From Balamuthia mandrillaris (Eukaryota), in NCBI GenBank assembly GCA_031835245.2, contig JAVKOQ020000007.1, forward strand, positions 372,001-436,000: 64,000 nt of DNA, given 5' to 3'. The first letter of the stretch is position 1; every line of letters begins with the position of its first letter. The notes beneath the pieces were generated by a model. The model saw only the letters and a list, made by a program, of their open reading frames with translations, ran no database searches and was not told the origin of the DNA. This document shows, in pieces, positions 50,128-63,695 of this stretch. The position numbers and the translations under genes were made by a program.

Positions 50128-53100
50128 ATGAGCCAACAACTGCGACAACGGAAATTACAAAGCGGGACAGCCTCCTCGCCCGCGAATCCGCTTCCAGTCT
50201 ACCACCACTCGCCCAGTGTCAACCATCGCAACTTGGCCGCTACGTTGGCGGGGTGCTTCCCGTCCGCCTCCGCCTCTTCCACTTGCGCTCAGCTCCTCTT
50301 GCGAGAGCTGCAAGGAGCGGTGCTGGAGCTGGGTCCTTTGCCGGCGCTCTTCGTGGTGGAAGAGCGGCTGTCAAAGCTGGAGCGGCATCGTCACGAGCAG
50401 CGTTCGGTGGAGCAACAACGAGAAGAAGAAGAAGAAGCAGCTGCGCATGTGACGGCCACAAAAACGCAACAACGACGGCCCACTGAAAAACAGAAAGAAC
50501 CAGAGGGAGAGGAAGCAAAAGACGAGGAGGAGGAGGAAGAAGTGATGTTCCAAGGGTGGCAGAAGAGAGCCATGCAAAGTGGAGAGGAGGTAGATAGCGA
50601 TACGGGTGCTGCACAAGAGAGAGAGGCCCTGATCCAAGCCTACGCCTCAGCCAAAGCACTTCTATCACGGAGCTTTTGCACTCGCTTCTCTGCTTCTTCT
50701 CAAGCGTTGTCAGTGAACGGAGGAGACAACATGAAAGAGAAGGAAGGAGGAGGCAACGTGGACGCCCAACAGCACCAAAACCTGTTCAGCTCCAAAGTAA
50801 AACGTCTCATTTGGTTGCTGCGAGACTGGCAGACCAAAAGCCATGCTCCACAGCTAGAAGAGGAAGCTCAAGAAGCGGAGAGAAGAAGCAAGGGAGAAGC
50901 GTATTCCTACAGAGCGGTGATTGTTTGTCGAGAGAGACATGCACTCGCTCTTTCCGCCCTCTTTCGCTCGCACCCTTCTTCATTTGGCTTTGTGGTTGGA
51001 GAGAGTGAAGACAGTCACGAAGAAGGACAAGCAGATAAAGAAGAAGTGAAGGTACACGACGAAGAGGGCAAGCATATAAACCGGAGGAAGGGACCCAGCT
51101 CCTGTCGCGTTTACTTTGTCTCCACCAAATCATGGAAGTCAACAGCGACTCTTGCCCTCCCTATTCCTCGGTGCAGCTCAAAGGCCCTAACGTTGGTCGT
51201 ATTGTTTGACCGCGAAGCCACTGCTGTGCATCAACTTAAAAGAGCAACCCGTGCGAGAGGAAGGCTCACGAGAGGAGGTAACGGTGCAGTGGAAAGAAGT
51301 GAAGAGGCCAAGCTGAGCTCATCGACTCTTTGCATTGATGAAGGTGATGATGACGGTGATGGTGAAGAAAAAAGAGTAAGAGGAAGGGGTGGCAAAGTGG
51401 GAGCTGCAGGAAGAGCAAGAGGAAGTAGAGGAAGAAGGAACGACGCGCAATGGGAATGGGCTGTGATGGTGGAATACATAGGTCAGGTTCCTGTGCCCGG
51501 GACGCTCAGTTTGCCTTCCTCTGTTGGAACTGCAGTGACAGCAACCGTGGTGACAGATAGACCCTCTTTCTCTTCTTCCGGCATGCAACAAGAAGCTGGC
51601 TCCTCCACGAAAATGCGGTTATCCGCAGAATTCACTACCTCTCCTATCCGCGTTACTTCTTCTCCCTTTACATTTGCTTTTCCTTCTCTTCCTTCTCTTC
51701 ACTTCGCATCTTCCTCATCTCTGTCTTCTTGCCGGTCTTCCTTGCTTCCTTCCTGCACTACTGCCATAAAAGTTTGGAGCTATGCCATCGTGCTCAGCAG
51801 CGTGGCCAACGACATCGGTGTCGTAGCTCTTGAAACAAGTGCAGTCTCAACATCGAGCAACAACGACGACCTTGTTGGCATGTCGGAAGCAAGCGGGCAA
51901 CCACAACAACGTTATGGTGTGATATCTATGACGGAGCTTCCGCCGCTTACGTCTCTATACATAACCATGCCTCTTGAAGATTCTGAGGGCTTTTCTTCCT
52001 CCTTCCCTACTTCATATTCGTCTCCCTCCGTCAGTGGACAAGTTTGGCGGGTTGACATTGAGCTAATTGATACGGAGCTTGTATCTCACGACCAACTTGT
52101 GGCGGCTTGCGATTTCAACTCTCTTTTCCTAACAGTTGCTCTTCGTCCTTCTTCCAACGCTTCTTCCACCACTACTACTTCTTCTCCTGCGCCTTCTTCT
52201 TCGGTTGTGAAGGAACCAGTAGTAGGAGAACCTGAGCAAAAGATGCAATACGAAATTGCTTGCTCCACCTTGAACTTAAAGGAAACTTTTGCTGCGCTAG
52301 CCTCCTATTCTGTCCAAGCGACGCCAGATTCGTTACTTGTGCTTCCTCTACGATCATCATCATCTTCTTCTTCTTCTTCTTCATCCTTGTCTTGCAAATG
52401 GTGCATAGACTGGCCTTTGGTTTTGGAGACAGTTACTCAGGCCAGCTCTCTTGCAACAAAACTGGCAGAGTGGATTCCCATCGATGCAGAGAAAGAACGA
52501 ATGTTTTTGGCAGAGAAACAGGCTTCTTCTTCTGCTTTTGCTCAACTCAATGAGACTGATGCGGGAAGGAAAGAATCCGAAAGTAAGAACAATAATAAGA
52601 AGTGCAAAGTAACAAGAAGCGCTCCTTCCTTCTCTTTGTTGCAGCAGCTGCGTCAAGGCATGATCCAAGGTGACGAAGCTGTTCGTGAGTTGATCCTCGT
52701 TTCTTGCTATGATCTCTCAGCCTACTATTCTGCATTAAGCCTTAGCCCCGAGAAAAGCGCGCTGTCCTCTTTTCCACGGAGGAACAAGGGCCAGATTCAA
52801 CTACCCACCATCACCTTCAAGCAACGTTATTTGGAGCACTATGGCTTTGCTGTGAAGGAAGACCAACCCTTGATCAAAGCTCGCCATTTTCGTAGAACAA
52901 GTAACTTCTTCCGCTTTCACGATGATCAGCAGCAGCAACAACTGCATCCATCAACATCACCGTCACAACGACAAACCTCGTCATCGCCTTCATCACGGGA
53001 TTTTATTCATCTCATTCCAGAGTTATGCCTCGTACATCCGCTGCGCAAGTCCGTTGTTCCTATCTATGTACCATGCATTCTATGGAAGCTTCAAGTGCTA

Positions 53101-53887
53101 CTCACAGTGGAGCGCTTCATGCACTTTGTATTCTTGTCGCCCGATTCCTCTCCTTTTTATTCCTCTTCCTACGGCCTCGCGAAGATGGATACCACTTTCG
53201 TCAGGCGTCATGTCAAGTGGTTCCTTCAAGCACTGACCACTCCTCATGCGGACTCTCATGTCAACTACGAGTGGCTGGAGACCTACGGAGACTCTGTGCT
53301 GAAGCTGATCATCACTTTGGATCTCTTTCTGCGCTTTCCCTCAGCTTCTGAGGGGGAGCTCACTCGACACAGAACGCGAGTCATTAATAACGAGAACCTC
53401 AGCGTGTTGGCTTGGCGTAGAAACTTGCAGAGCTTCATCGTCTTTGAGCCCTTTCACCCGATGACTTGGTGTCCTCCTGGTTGTGTTCCCTCCTCATCCT
53501 CATCATCAACATCTTCATCGTCTTCTTCGCCTTTGGTAAACGAACAGCAAAGGGTATGCAAAGAAGCAGAAAAAAGGCAAAATGAAGAAACTCCCACGAA
53601 AGTGTATGCTGATTGCATGGAGGCCTTGATTGGAGCTTCTTTCTTCTCTGGTGGTGCTAGTTTGGCTCTTTACTTTATGGAGTGGATGGGCCTCTCCGTT
53701 AAGCTATGCAACTCGTTGCCCCGATTCAAGCTTTGCGATGTTGATTTTGCAGAGATTGACAAACCACAGCAACAATCGCAACAACAAGAAGAGCAACTTC
53801 GCGAAGTGGCCAAAGAGAAGAAGGATAGTGACATACATCACTGGGCTAACACGATTCTTCCTCGCATTCTCAATTGGGGCACAGGTT

Positions 53888-53927
<40 letters not shown>

Positions 53928-55089
53928 TATGTTTTGTTAACAGAAAAAAAAAACAGAAACATACGTGGCAATCATCAACAATAACTCGACAAGCTACACT
54001 CCCACAAATAACAAAGATCTGGCCTCCCTGCAAGCCGTTGAACGCATTCTGGGCTACCGCTTCCACAACCGACAGCTTCTACGAGAGGCTATCACGCATA
54101 GAAGCATGGCATCAGCCTGTTCCTTGACAGACCAATTCCCCTCCTCTTCTTCTGCTCCCACCACAATAGCAGACTATGAACGCATCGAATACCTGGGCGA
54201 TGCTGTACTCGACTTTCTTATTACTCATTACTTTGTCTATAGGGACATTAAGGTCAGGGGTATCAAGTCCACGCCCAAGGAGCTCACTCTGGTGAGAGCG
54301 TACACCGTGGGCAACGTATCGTTGGCTCATCTGGTGGTGAGACATGGCTTGCACCGCTATCTTCGCATTCAGTCGGCTCATGTGGAGGAGGCCATTTGTC
54401 GCTTCGAGCAACAGATTCTCAGCAGCAATGGTGATGAAGATGACGACGATGACGATGATGACGATGATGATGACAGTGAGGAAAGCGATGAAGAAGAAAT
54501 CGGGGAGGAAGAAGTTCAGAGAAAGCAACAACGGAGAATAAAGAGCGAGAAGATAGACAGACAGATTGTTCCACCAAAAGTGTTGAGCGACATGTGGGAG
54601 GCGCTGATTGGTGCAGTCTTTCTGGACAGCGGTGGATGCCTTAGAGAGACTTGGCGCGTCTTTGGGCCTCTCACCATTCCCCCGCTCCTCAGCAAGATCA
54701 AGAGCGCGCAACACATCCAAAGCAACCCCGTCACTTTGCTCCACGAACTCGTCCAGACCTTTCATTGCAAAGGTATCAATATTCGATACCACCGGCAACG
54801 CAATACTTCGCAAGATGCTCTCCACCACAACATCACCATCGCTACGATTCGTGTTCATGAAGAAGAGCTGGCAAAGGATTCTGGAGCCAACACAAGGAGT
54901 GCCAGAGCCAACGCCGCACGTCGAGCCATGAACTTGTTCGCCGAGTTGCAAGCCAGCAACAAGCTGGACAGATTGTTTGGGAGGGTGTGCACTTGCCACA
55001 AGGACTCCAGTCGCAACCGGGAGCAAGCACTCGCCGCCAAACGAATGGAGATCCTTCGGTTGTGGGAGAGAAGCTTGCAGTTGGAGTAA
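50128..55089 (+). CDS. Dicer-like RNase III (degenerate helicase region, PAZ, RNase IIIa, RNase IIIb, dsRBD)
   Basis: PAZ TFKQRYLEHYG..V.EDQPLI...HLIPELC; IIIa YEWLETYGDSVLK...ADCMEALIGA; IIIb YERIEYLGDAVLD...SDMWEALIGA; dsRBD NPVTLLHE...ARANAARRA; one intron near 53886-53943. Confidence 0.93.
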
Positions 55090-55141
55090 AAACACGTGCG
55101 ATAAACATCTTCGAATGTGGTGATCTGGTTTTGTGTATCAA

Positions 55142-56656
55142 CTATGTTGTAAATTCTTCTTCTTCTCCGTGCAACAGCGAATCCAACCCAAAGTTATCCA
55201 CTTCAACTTCCGTTCCTTCTGCTTCTCGTTCTTTCGGCTCTCTATCTTGCTCCCGTTCTTCTTCTGTATTCCTAACGTCTTTTTGCTTCAACATCTTCTT
55301 CACCTTCCGCTTGCGAGCACGGCGAGAGGTGCCCATCTCTCTCTGCTTCTTTCTAGTATGTTTGGTCCACTTCCCTCCATACCGTTTGCACTCCTCACAA
55401 CAATACACCCCTCCTTCGTCTTTCTCTTTTTCAGCACGACAGGTAGGACAGGCTAACATCAGCACGCGACAATCGGTGCTGCTGCAGTAGGCGTACTCGT
55501 CAAAGGGCCGTTCGCAGAGGGAGCACCTGCCAAGCACGTCAGAATTGGCGGGCATGGCCTGCCGTCCGTCGAAGACGTAGTTCTTTCCTCGAAAATGGCC
55601 ATTCGGGTAGGTTTCTATGTATTTGTGAATTCCTTTTTGTTTTTGTTTTGAACAAAGATTTAGCCTTTGAATTGTAGAGAATAAGAGAGAAGCAAAAGAG
55701 CACAGAGAGACCAAACCTCCGTGTAATTGATAGACTTGTTCGAGACCTTTGTTTCGGAGGTAGGCAGAGGCGCGTTCGCATCGAATGCCACCCGTACAGT
55801 ACATCAATATCTTTCACCCATATGCCATCAAGAAGGTAAGCAAAAAAGCAGAAAGAAAGAAAGAAACACACATACTCACCTTTTTATCTTGCAATAAGGA
55901 AAGGTTCTCATCCACCCAACCAGGAAAAGAGCTGAACTTGCGAATGGGCACCGCCAACGCGTTATTAAACTTGCCTATGCGAGACTCTGCAAACACCAGA
56001 CAAATAATAAGAAAGAGAGAACGAAAGAACGAAAGAACGAAAGAGAAAGAGATGAAAGAAGAACACGAAAAGAGAAGAAAGAGAAGGAAGGACCAAGGAA
56101 AGAAAGAAGAGCAAACCATAGTCATTACGACAGTCCAGAAGAAGGAGTTCCTCAGGAGAGCTCTCTTCAATGGTTTGGTGGAACTTTTGCGGGGTGAGGT
56201 GGGGGCCTGCCTCGTGGAAACTGATCTTCTCCGGGGAGATGCCCAAAGTGATGATCTCCTCGACGACGCGGACGGAGAGCACTCCTTCGAAGTGAGCGGC
56301 CGAGCCGGCGCTCCGCTTGAACTCGATATCGTGGAAGAGGGGGTGGCCGTGCATCTCGCGCTGGTACTCTTCTATAGCGGCACAAGCCCCTCCGACCGTA
56401 CCATTGATCCCCTTTCGGTTCAATTAGATTTGAAATGGAAAAACAAAGCGGTGGGGTTAGATTTGAAGCGGTACCGGGGGGGATTCGTGGTTACCTCTTT
56501 GGCCACACGGATTTTACCGGCGATATCGAGCCGTTCGCAGAGCTTTTGTTGCCAACCCGCGATCCCTTGAGGGTCATCCACGTCCACATACTTGTAGAAC
56601 AGCAAAATCAGGCCTCCTCCTCCCTCCTCCTCCAACGTCGGTGTTGTGGCCTTCAT
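55142..56656 (-). CDS. TSTD2: TrhO/UPF0176-like rhodanese-domain protein
   Basis: [59 protein letters not shown]...F.GKNYVFD.R, C-terminal Cys cluster. Confidence 0.92.
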
Positions 56657-56808
56657 CTCACTTTCTCTTCTTCCATCAATAAAAAAAAAAGAATAGTGTA
56701 ACCACCTGGAATCGATCCGAGGGACCATCATACATTACAAAGAAAGTGTAGGCAGCGGGAGTCGATCGGAAGGCAACAAACTGGCCGCAAGAGAAAAAAA
56801 TAAAAACA

Positions 56809-57193
56809 ATGAAACGAGCGACGGGCGCGAAGGAAGGAGAGGAAGAGGACGGTGCTGTCTCCTCTGCTCGTCCCGATCCTTCTTCGTCTGCTGCGGTGAG
56901 CGTGAGGAACACTTTTGCGAATGGGGAGTCATCTGCCAAACGAACGAAGCTTCGGCGTTTTGACCATCACCATCGATCAAGAGAGAGGGAAGTAGCAGAA
57001 CAGCGTGACCACGAGGCCGAGGAGGAGAAAGAGGAAGAGATAAAGAAGGAGCCACTTGATCTGCCGTTGGTCTCTGTCATCGTGCCCATCTACAACGTCG
57101 AAAAGTATTTGGCAGAATGTTTGGAATCCATCCTCACTCAAACCTATGCGGGTCCTATTGAAGCTTCTCTCTATGACGATGGCTCTCAGGTCC

Positions 57194-57237
<44 letters not shown>

Positions 57238-57700
57238 ATAGTTTCTACGCAATGTTTTATCAACAGGACAGCACCCCAGACATCATCCAACAATGGCTGG
57301 CGGAGAGCCTCCCTCGCGGCAATCGCCAAAGAGAGCAAGAAGGGAAGGCTGCCGTCACCGCCGTTGTCGACACAAATTCTCCCGACTCAACAACCAAACA
57401 GCGAGCGGGCAAAGGACCGGGCTTTGCTCGCAACAAAGCTGTCCGTCAGAGCAGCGGCTGTTATCTCTGCTTTCTTGACTCGGATGACGTTATGCTGCCG
57501 GAGAGGATAGAGGCTCAGCTGGCTGCTGCTGTGGAGCGTGCTTCCTTGGCGCCAACCATTGTTGGGTCCAACTTTTGTAGGATACCGGAGGGCTCGACCG
57601 CGCGGTATACGGATTGGTGTAATAGGCTGACGCAGGATGAGCTCATGACGCATCGCTTCCGAGAGTTGACCATCATCCAGTTGCGTTTCTCCCATCATTT

Positions 57701-57736
<36 letters not shown>

Positions 57737-57979
57737 TCTCTCTCACTTTTTCTTTGAGCTTATTTGGCTTACTATCGCTCTTCGCTTCCCGCGTTCTCTT
57801 TCCTCTCTTTTGCATTACAGGCCAACATGGTTTATGAGTCGAGCAACGTTCGATGTGGTCGGAGGCTACGATGAGAACTATCCAGCCAATCCGGAAGACT
57901 TGTTATTCTTCTATGCTCACTTACGTGCTGGTGGCACTCTTTACAAAGTACCAAAGGTTCGTTGAACTTGTCTTGTCAC

Positions 57980-58020
<41 letters not shown>

Positions 58021-58666
58021 AAATCTAATGTACAAAAAAGACTTTGGTAAAATACAGATATGTGGAGGGTTCGATATCCGCTCGGTTTCCTCGTTTGGCA
58101 TTGTTAAAAGTTCGGTGCAAAGCTTTGGAGGAACAGGTGCTGGACAAGTGGGCCTCGTTCACCATTTGGGGTGCTGGCAGAGACGGCAAACACTTTTACA
58201 AATCGCTCAGCCCTGCCAATCAAATGAAAGTATGTTTCTCTGTTTTCTCTTTTTTGTTAAACAAAACAAGCTGAACCTAACACCTAATGAAACATAGGTA
58301 ATATGTTTTTGTGATGTGGATAAGAAAAAGATAGGCACTACGTATATGAACAGCGCAGCTCCACGTGAACTACGACGGCAGATCCCCATTGTCCATTTTT
58401 CTGAAGCCAAACCACCTGTTATTACTTGGTATCCTCTCGCATTTCTTATTTTTTCTTCTATTCCTCGTTTATCGATGTCGTTTTGTTCTCATGCCATCTT
58501 TGTATGATAACCTCCTTTCTCATTTCGGCTTCTCTTCGTCATGGAATAACGACAAATAATCTTACCTTCATTCAGCGTTTCGCTCGACCGAACGGACAAT
58601 GTCTTTGAAAACAATGTACAAAGTTTAAACTTGATAGAAGGAGTAAACCTGTTCTTCTTTGCCTAA
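56809..58666 (+). CDS. B3GNTL1: GT2 glycosyltransferase, B3GNTL1/QTGAL (queuosine-tRNA galactosyltransferase)-like
   Basis: VSVIVPIYN.EKYL.ECL.S, DDGS.D, FLDSDD, RYT.WCN.L, PTWF, PEDLLFFY.HL, FTIWGAGRDGK.FY.SL, FCDVD..KI, IPIVHF. Confidence 0.88.
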
Positions 58667-58694
58667 AAACACTCATCCCTCATTTCTTTCTTTC

Positions 58695-59426
58695 TTACAA
58701 GTACTTTTTACAAAGGCAAGCCTGAATGTGCTCTCTCAGAGCAGAAACGTGCGGGATGTTGGTCTCGCCACATTCATTGCACTTCATTGGCAGCTGATGC
58801 TTTAGCCGGGCGTAAGGCTCCGGGTCGAAGCGACCCTCTTCTTCTACGATGCGGATCATCTCCTCCGGCGGCACCAAGAAGTCTGTCGTGAAGGAGTTCC
58901 AGTGCTTCACTCTGTTCATTGCGGGCGCATCGTGGTCCTTGCTGAGGACGTGAAGATGCAACTGACGAAGCGTTGGTACTGCGTGATACCCCATTTTGAA
59001 GCTTAGCTTCACTCCCTCTCCTTCCTCTTCCACTTCCTTTGTCAACTGTTGGATGAGCCAGAGGCCTCGCTGTTGCATGTAGCGGAGCAAAGGCAGGTGC
59101 TTCTTGGTGAGAGCGTGAGCGCCGTCGATCTCCTCGTTTCTTGGGAGGATCAACATGTGGCGACGACTCTTGGGGAACTTGTCGTAGATGATGACGGTCT
59201 GTTCGTCCATGTCGTAGATGGAGTGGCGATGTTTGGGATGGTCCGGCTCTCTCACGATGTTCAACAGGACGTCGGCCCAGGACTTGTCGTCGTTGTTGTC
59301 CTCATTGGAGCGCCGCCGCCGCTGTTGTGCTCTTCGTTTTTGTGGGCCTCCGTTTCCTCTTGGTTGTCGTCGCTGTTGGCGCGTCTCGTTCATGATTTGT
59401 TCTTGAACGGAAATGCTCTGCTGCAT
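58695..59426 (-). CDS. APTX: aprataxin-like HIT-domain deadenylase with C-terminal zinc finger
   Basis: DKFPKSRRHMLILP, GYHAVPTLRQLHLHVLS.D, KHWNSFTT.F, CNEC...L.EH. Confidence 0.9.
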   Translation of the reverse strand: MQQSISVQEQIMNETRQQRRQPRGNGGPQKRRAQQRRRRSNEDNNDDKSWADVLLNIVREPDHPKHRHSIYDMDEQTVIIYDKFPKSRRHMLILPRNEEIDGAHALTKKHLPLLRYMQQRGLWLIQQLTKEVEEEGEGVKLSFKMGYHAVPTLRQLHLHVLSKDHDAPAMNRVKHWNSFTTDFLVPPEEMIRIVEEEGRFDPEPYARLKHQLPMKCNECGETNIPHVSALREHIQACLCKKYL

Positions 59427-59810
59427 TTTGTGTTTGTTTGTTTTTTGTTTCTGTTTTTTTTTTTTTTTTTGCTTTGTCAAACTTGCAACAAACAAAAAAC
59501 AGCTATAACGATTCAGATAAAGACGGAGGAAGAACAGGAATTTCCTTTTCTGCTTTTTTTCCTTTCTTTTTTTCTTTGTGGGTTCATTGCCCATCATGTC
59601 GACACAACAAATATCATCAGGCATTAAACCACGACGACACGAGAAAAAGTGTAGCGACCACACGTGCCGAAGAACAAACCTGCGACGCGACAACTCGCGC
59701 AAGGACCCTCCACAAACCGAACCTCCCCCCCCTTTGTTTGGCTTCCCCCCTTTCCCCTCCCCGTACCGTGGTATTCGTATACGCACAAGCACGGCCGTTC
59801 CTTCCTCTAT

Positions 59811-59924
59811 ATGCAACAAGCCGCCACCGCCTCACCGGCAGCAGCAAAGCGAGTGCTGATAGGCGGAGGTAGCGGCTTCATAGGGCAAGCCCTGAGCAAG
59901 CACCTCCTCAACACAGGCTGCGAG

Positions 59925-59963
<39 letters not shown>

Positions 59964-61234
59964 TTTGCTACTACTTTTTTTCGCTGCTAATCGACTCGAA
60001 TTGTGGTTTTTTTTTCCCGAATAAAAGGTCACCCTCATCTCCAGAAATCCAGCTCGTGTGGGTGGTGCTGGTCTTCCCGCGATCTCATGGGCTAACCTGG
60101 CGGACCCTTCGTTCACGCTGGCGAGCTACGATGCGGTGGTCAACTTGGCGGGCGTCAGTCTGAATAGGCCCGCGTGGATAGAGACGTACAAGGACCAGAT
60201 CGTGTCCTCCAGAGTGGACACCACTCGTGCCATTGTACGTTTCTCTTTTTTTAAGTTTGGGCGACAGAAGAGAGAGGACACACACGAGAGAGAGAGAGAG
60301 AGAGAGAGCACCAAATGAGAGAAGAAGAGAAAGGAAGAGGAGAGAACGCGGGAACGGAAGCAAGTAGAGGATACCAAACGAGAGAAGCAGAGAAAGGCAG
60401 ATTGCGAGAAAACGAGGGCTGAAGAGAACAAAGCTCGTTGCTAACCTAAATGGGAAAAAACTAGGTGAAGGCGATTGAGAACACAGCACAAAACAATAAC
60501 AAACCTCCAAAAGTATTTGTGGTTGGTTCGGCTGTGGGTTACTACCCCTCCGGCACACCCGGCCCAGAGGTTGACGAGTACTATAGCGAGCCCCCTCCCT
60601 CCACCTTCTTTGGTGACTTGGTACGACAGTTGGAAGACGAGGCCAAGACTCTTGTTCAAAACCAACAGAACACCAGACTGGCGTTCGTGAGGACAGGAGT
60701 GGTTCTGGGCAAGAACGGAGGCGCCTTCCCCTCTCTCAAACGCAGCACCGGGTTCTACATTGGCAGTGGAGAGCAGTGGTTCCCTTGGATTCATATCAAT
60801 GACATTGTGGGCATCTTCTCCCATGCGATTCACAATGAGCAATGCAGCGGTCCTCTGAATGGAGCGGCTCCTGGCATTGTTACTGCTAAAGGTTACTTTT
60901 CATCTTCCTTTTCTTCTACTGCTCGTTCTGGTCCTGTTTTCCTTATTCTTGTCTGTGTTTTTATTTTTACGTTTTTGAATTGTTTGGTTGTTGATCTTTA
61001 TGGGAACCAATACGCAAATATAATTTAGAGTTTGCAGAAACAATGGCCGAACAGAGAGTGGGCATAAGAAAGGCTCTCCCATTGCCCTCCTTTGTAATGA
61101 AAGTAGCGCTCGGGCCATTGCGCTCCACTTTGGTCACGGAGGGTCAAAAGGTCATCCCGAAGAAAACCTTGGAAACTGGGTACCAATTTCAGTTTCCTGA
61201 ACTTGGCCCTGCCTTACAAGACCTTCTTCGTTAA
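59811..61234 (+). CDS. SDR39U1: TIGR01777/YfcH-family NAD-dependent epimerase
   Basis: VLIGGGSGFIG, AVVNLAG, SRVDTT, SAVGYY, RTGVVLG..GG, GSGEQWFPWIH.ND, GPLNG.AP, GQKVIP...L..GYQF. Confidence 0.92.
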
Positions 61235-61775
61235 AACTCCCTTGTCTCTCCCCACCTGTTTAATCTTTTTATGATGTGTAAACATTTGTCGTTATTTGTT
61301 ATAACTTTTTTTTTGGTTCTTCGTTTTTGTACAACCTCTTCTATCTCGCATACAGGTTAAGCTTGGCATTACTCTTTCTATCGCGTGGTTGCGCACCGGC
61401 AATTTAAGCCGGGCTTCGTGGTTGTGCAATAACAAGGTAATAAGAGTTTTAATCGATATAATTCACTATATTTATACATCTGAATTTTTTTTTTCAAAAG
61501 CAGAGAATTTGTTGAGATTTAATAAGAAAAGTGAATACACCGAACCAATGGTGCCATTTTTCATTCATTCCAATTTGTGACAGCTGGTTGTTTATGATAC
61601 GCTCCTTTTCCTGGTGTTTTTTTCCTGTTGCTTTTTTTTTCGTTTCTATTTGTTAACCGTACTATTAGCAGCCGCTCTGGGTTCACGTTCTCCTTTGCGA
61701 GAAAAAAGCGAAGAGAAGAAACAGAACGTGCCACTAAAGCACGTGTTTAGAGTCTCTTGTTTTTCAAACCTCACC

Positions 61776-62252
61776 ATGAAACAGATATTACTTGTATTTC
61801 TGTTCCTTCTACTTGTTAACCAGAACTCCGAGTTCCGTTGTGTTGCACAAACTACAACTTATACCAGTGAAGAGTGCGTTTCCTGCTGTCTCTGTTTTAT
61901 ACACCTTTCTCTCTTCGAGTTTTTTCGTTGTGCCAACCATTTTAATATTCGGGTAGAATTAAAGACTGGAGGGATGGAATGGTGGATGCCATTGCTTTTC
62001 TCAGAGACAATGTTTTGCATCCAGATACATTTGTGGACGTATGTGCTCTCTCTCTCTCTCTCTCTCTCTCTCCCAGTCTTTGGATAAACTTAAAAACAAA
62101 TGTAACAACGTAAAAATAACAAACTACAACAACAAAATAGTTATTTGATAAAGCTTTAGTGGAAGAAAATCAAAGAGCAGGAGATCTGGAGGCCGCCACT
62201 TTTGCAACCACCGTAGAACGCATTCTTGCTGACAAGCTAGACTTACTTCAAG

Positions 62253-62293
<41 letters not shown>

Positions 62294-63059
62294 TTCTGAC
62301 AAATGGATACTTCGAATTTTTGTTTGTTACTTCTGTAGAGTCTAAGCAAGAGACTCCAAGAAGTGTACCAACAGACAGAGCAACAACTAGACCATGTTCC
62401 ATTTGTGGAGGCTTCTTCAGAGACAAGTAATCCCCAAAACTTCGCTCATTCCCCTATCTTTGTGGACAATTCTACATCAGCTGTGATGGTAAGAAACACA
62501 TCTATTTCTTAAGAACTAGTTTACGTTCTGATCACATTTTAAATAATCCTATTTCTATTCCTCTTCCTCCTGCAAAGGTTCCTTCTTGGTCAAGCGACTC
62601 GACTTTGTTGAACTACGAAGTTGCCCTTTCACAGAATCTGGAGGAGCTGTTTCTTGACAATGTCAACAAAGATAGGTCGATTGCGTTCCAGTACTTCGGG
62701 GGGCCATTCACTGGAATCACCCGTTATTATCCTCATTTTCAGTGGGAATCGACCGATGTTGTTGATGCTCGTTTGTCTCCATGGTTCGTCCATCCACCCC
62801 ATGAGTGCCGCTGAACTCTTGCTATTGCTTTCGTCTGTTTCTTATATCACGACGAACAAACAGGTACGTGGGTGCGATTACGGGAGCAAAGGGGTTGGTG
62901 CTGATTCTGGACACCTCATCCGATATTGGTCAAGATTTCGATTATGTCAAACAGGCTAGCATTAATGTTATCCGTTCTCTGCATGAAGCAGATCACATAA
63001 TGCTTCTTATTGTGCGTTGTTATGGCCCACTTTATCTTTGTTAGTTATTTCTTTCTGAT

Positions 63060-63101
<42 letters not shown>

Positions 63102-63212
63102 GATATCGGATAACGAGTTACAAAAGCCGTCGTGTGTAGGCCAAGTGGAAGGATATGTGCGAGCCACACCTCAAGCTATAGATGCCTTTGTCGCTGCCAT
63201 TGCCGCTTTGTA

Positions 63213-63260
<48 letters not shown>

Positions 63261-63656
63261 TTTTCCGGAATATATATTCATTTGAAAACCGCTGCAAAAT
63301 CATTCTAGAGAACCTAGCCAGGTTATATCCTCGGCTTACAGCAAGGAACAAGCATTCTTGGAAGCATTCGCTATTTTCGAAAGAGAGAGCCAAGATCACG
63401 TTTTAGACGACAATACGGTTGTGCCTGGCAGAGGTACCCAAGCCTGCCAAAACGCGCTGATTTTTGTGGGCTCCGGTAAGAATCTTCCTAAGCCAGAAAG
63501 GTAACTCTTCTCCTTCTTCCTCCTTTTTCGTTTTTATTAATATTAATAAATTTCTAAGATTGACTACGGATTCCTCTGCATTGCCAACAATGCTGTTGTA
63601 TACTATCGGCGCCACACAAAATGATCGGGGTACGCTTAGCTCTCTTCCTCCCTCCC

Positions 63657-63695
<39 letters not shown>

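Noticed and set aside
54112..55095. Long antisense ORFs over Dicer (also over MFAP1, the sirtuin and NFS1)
   Set aside because: Shadow frames of real genes with no recognisable motifs
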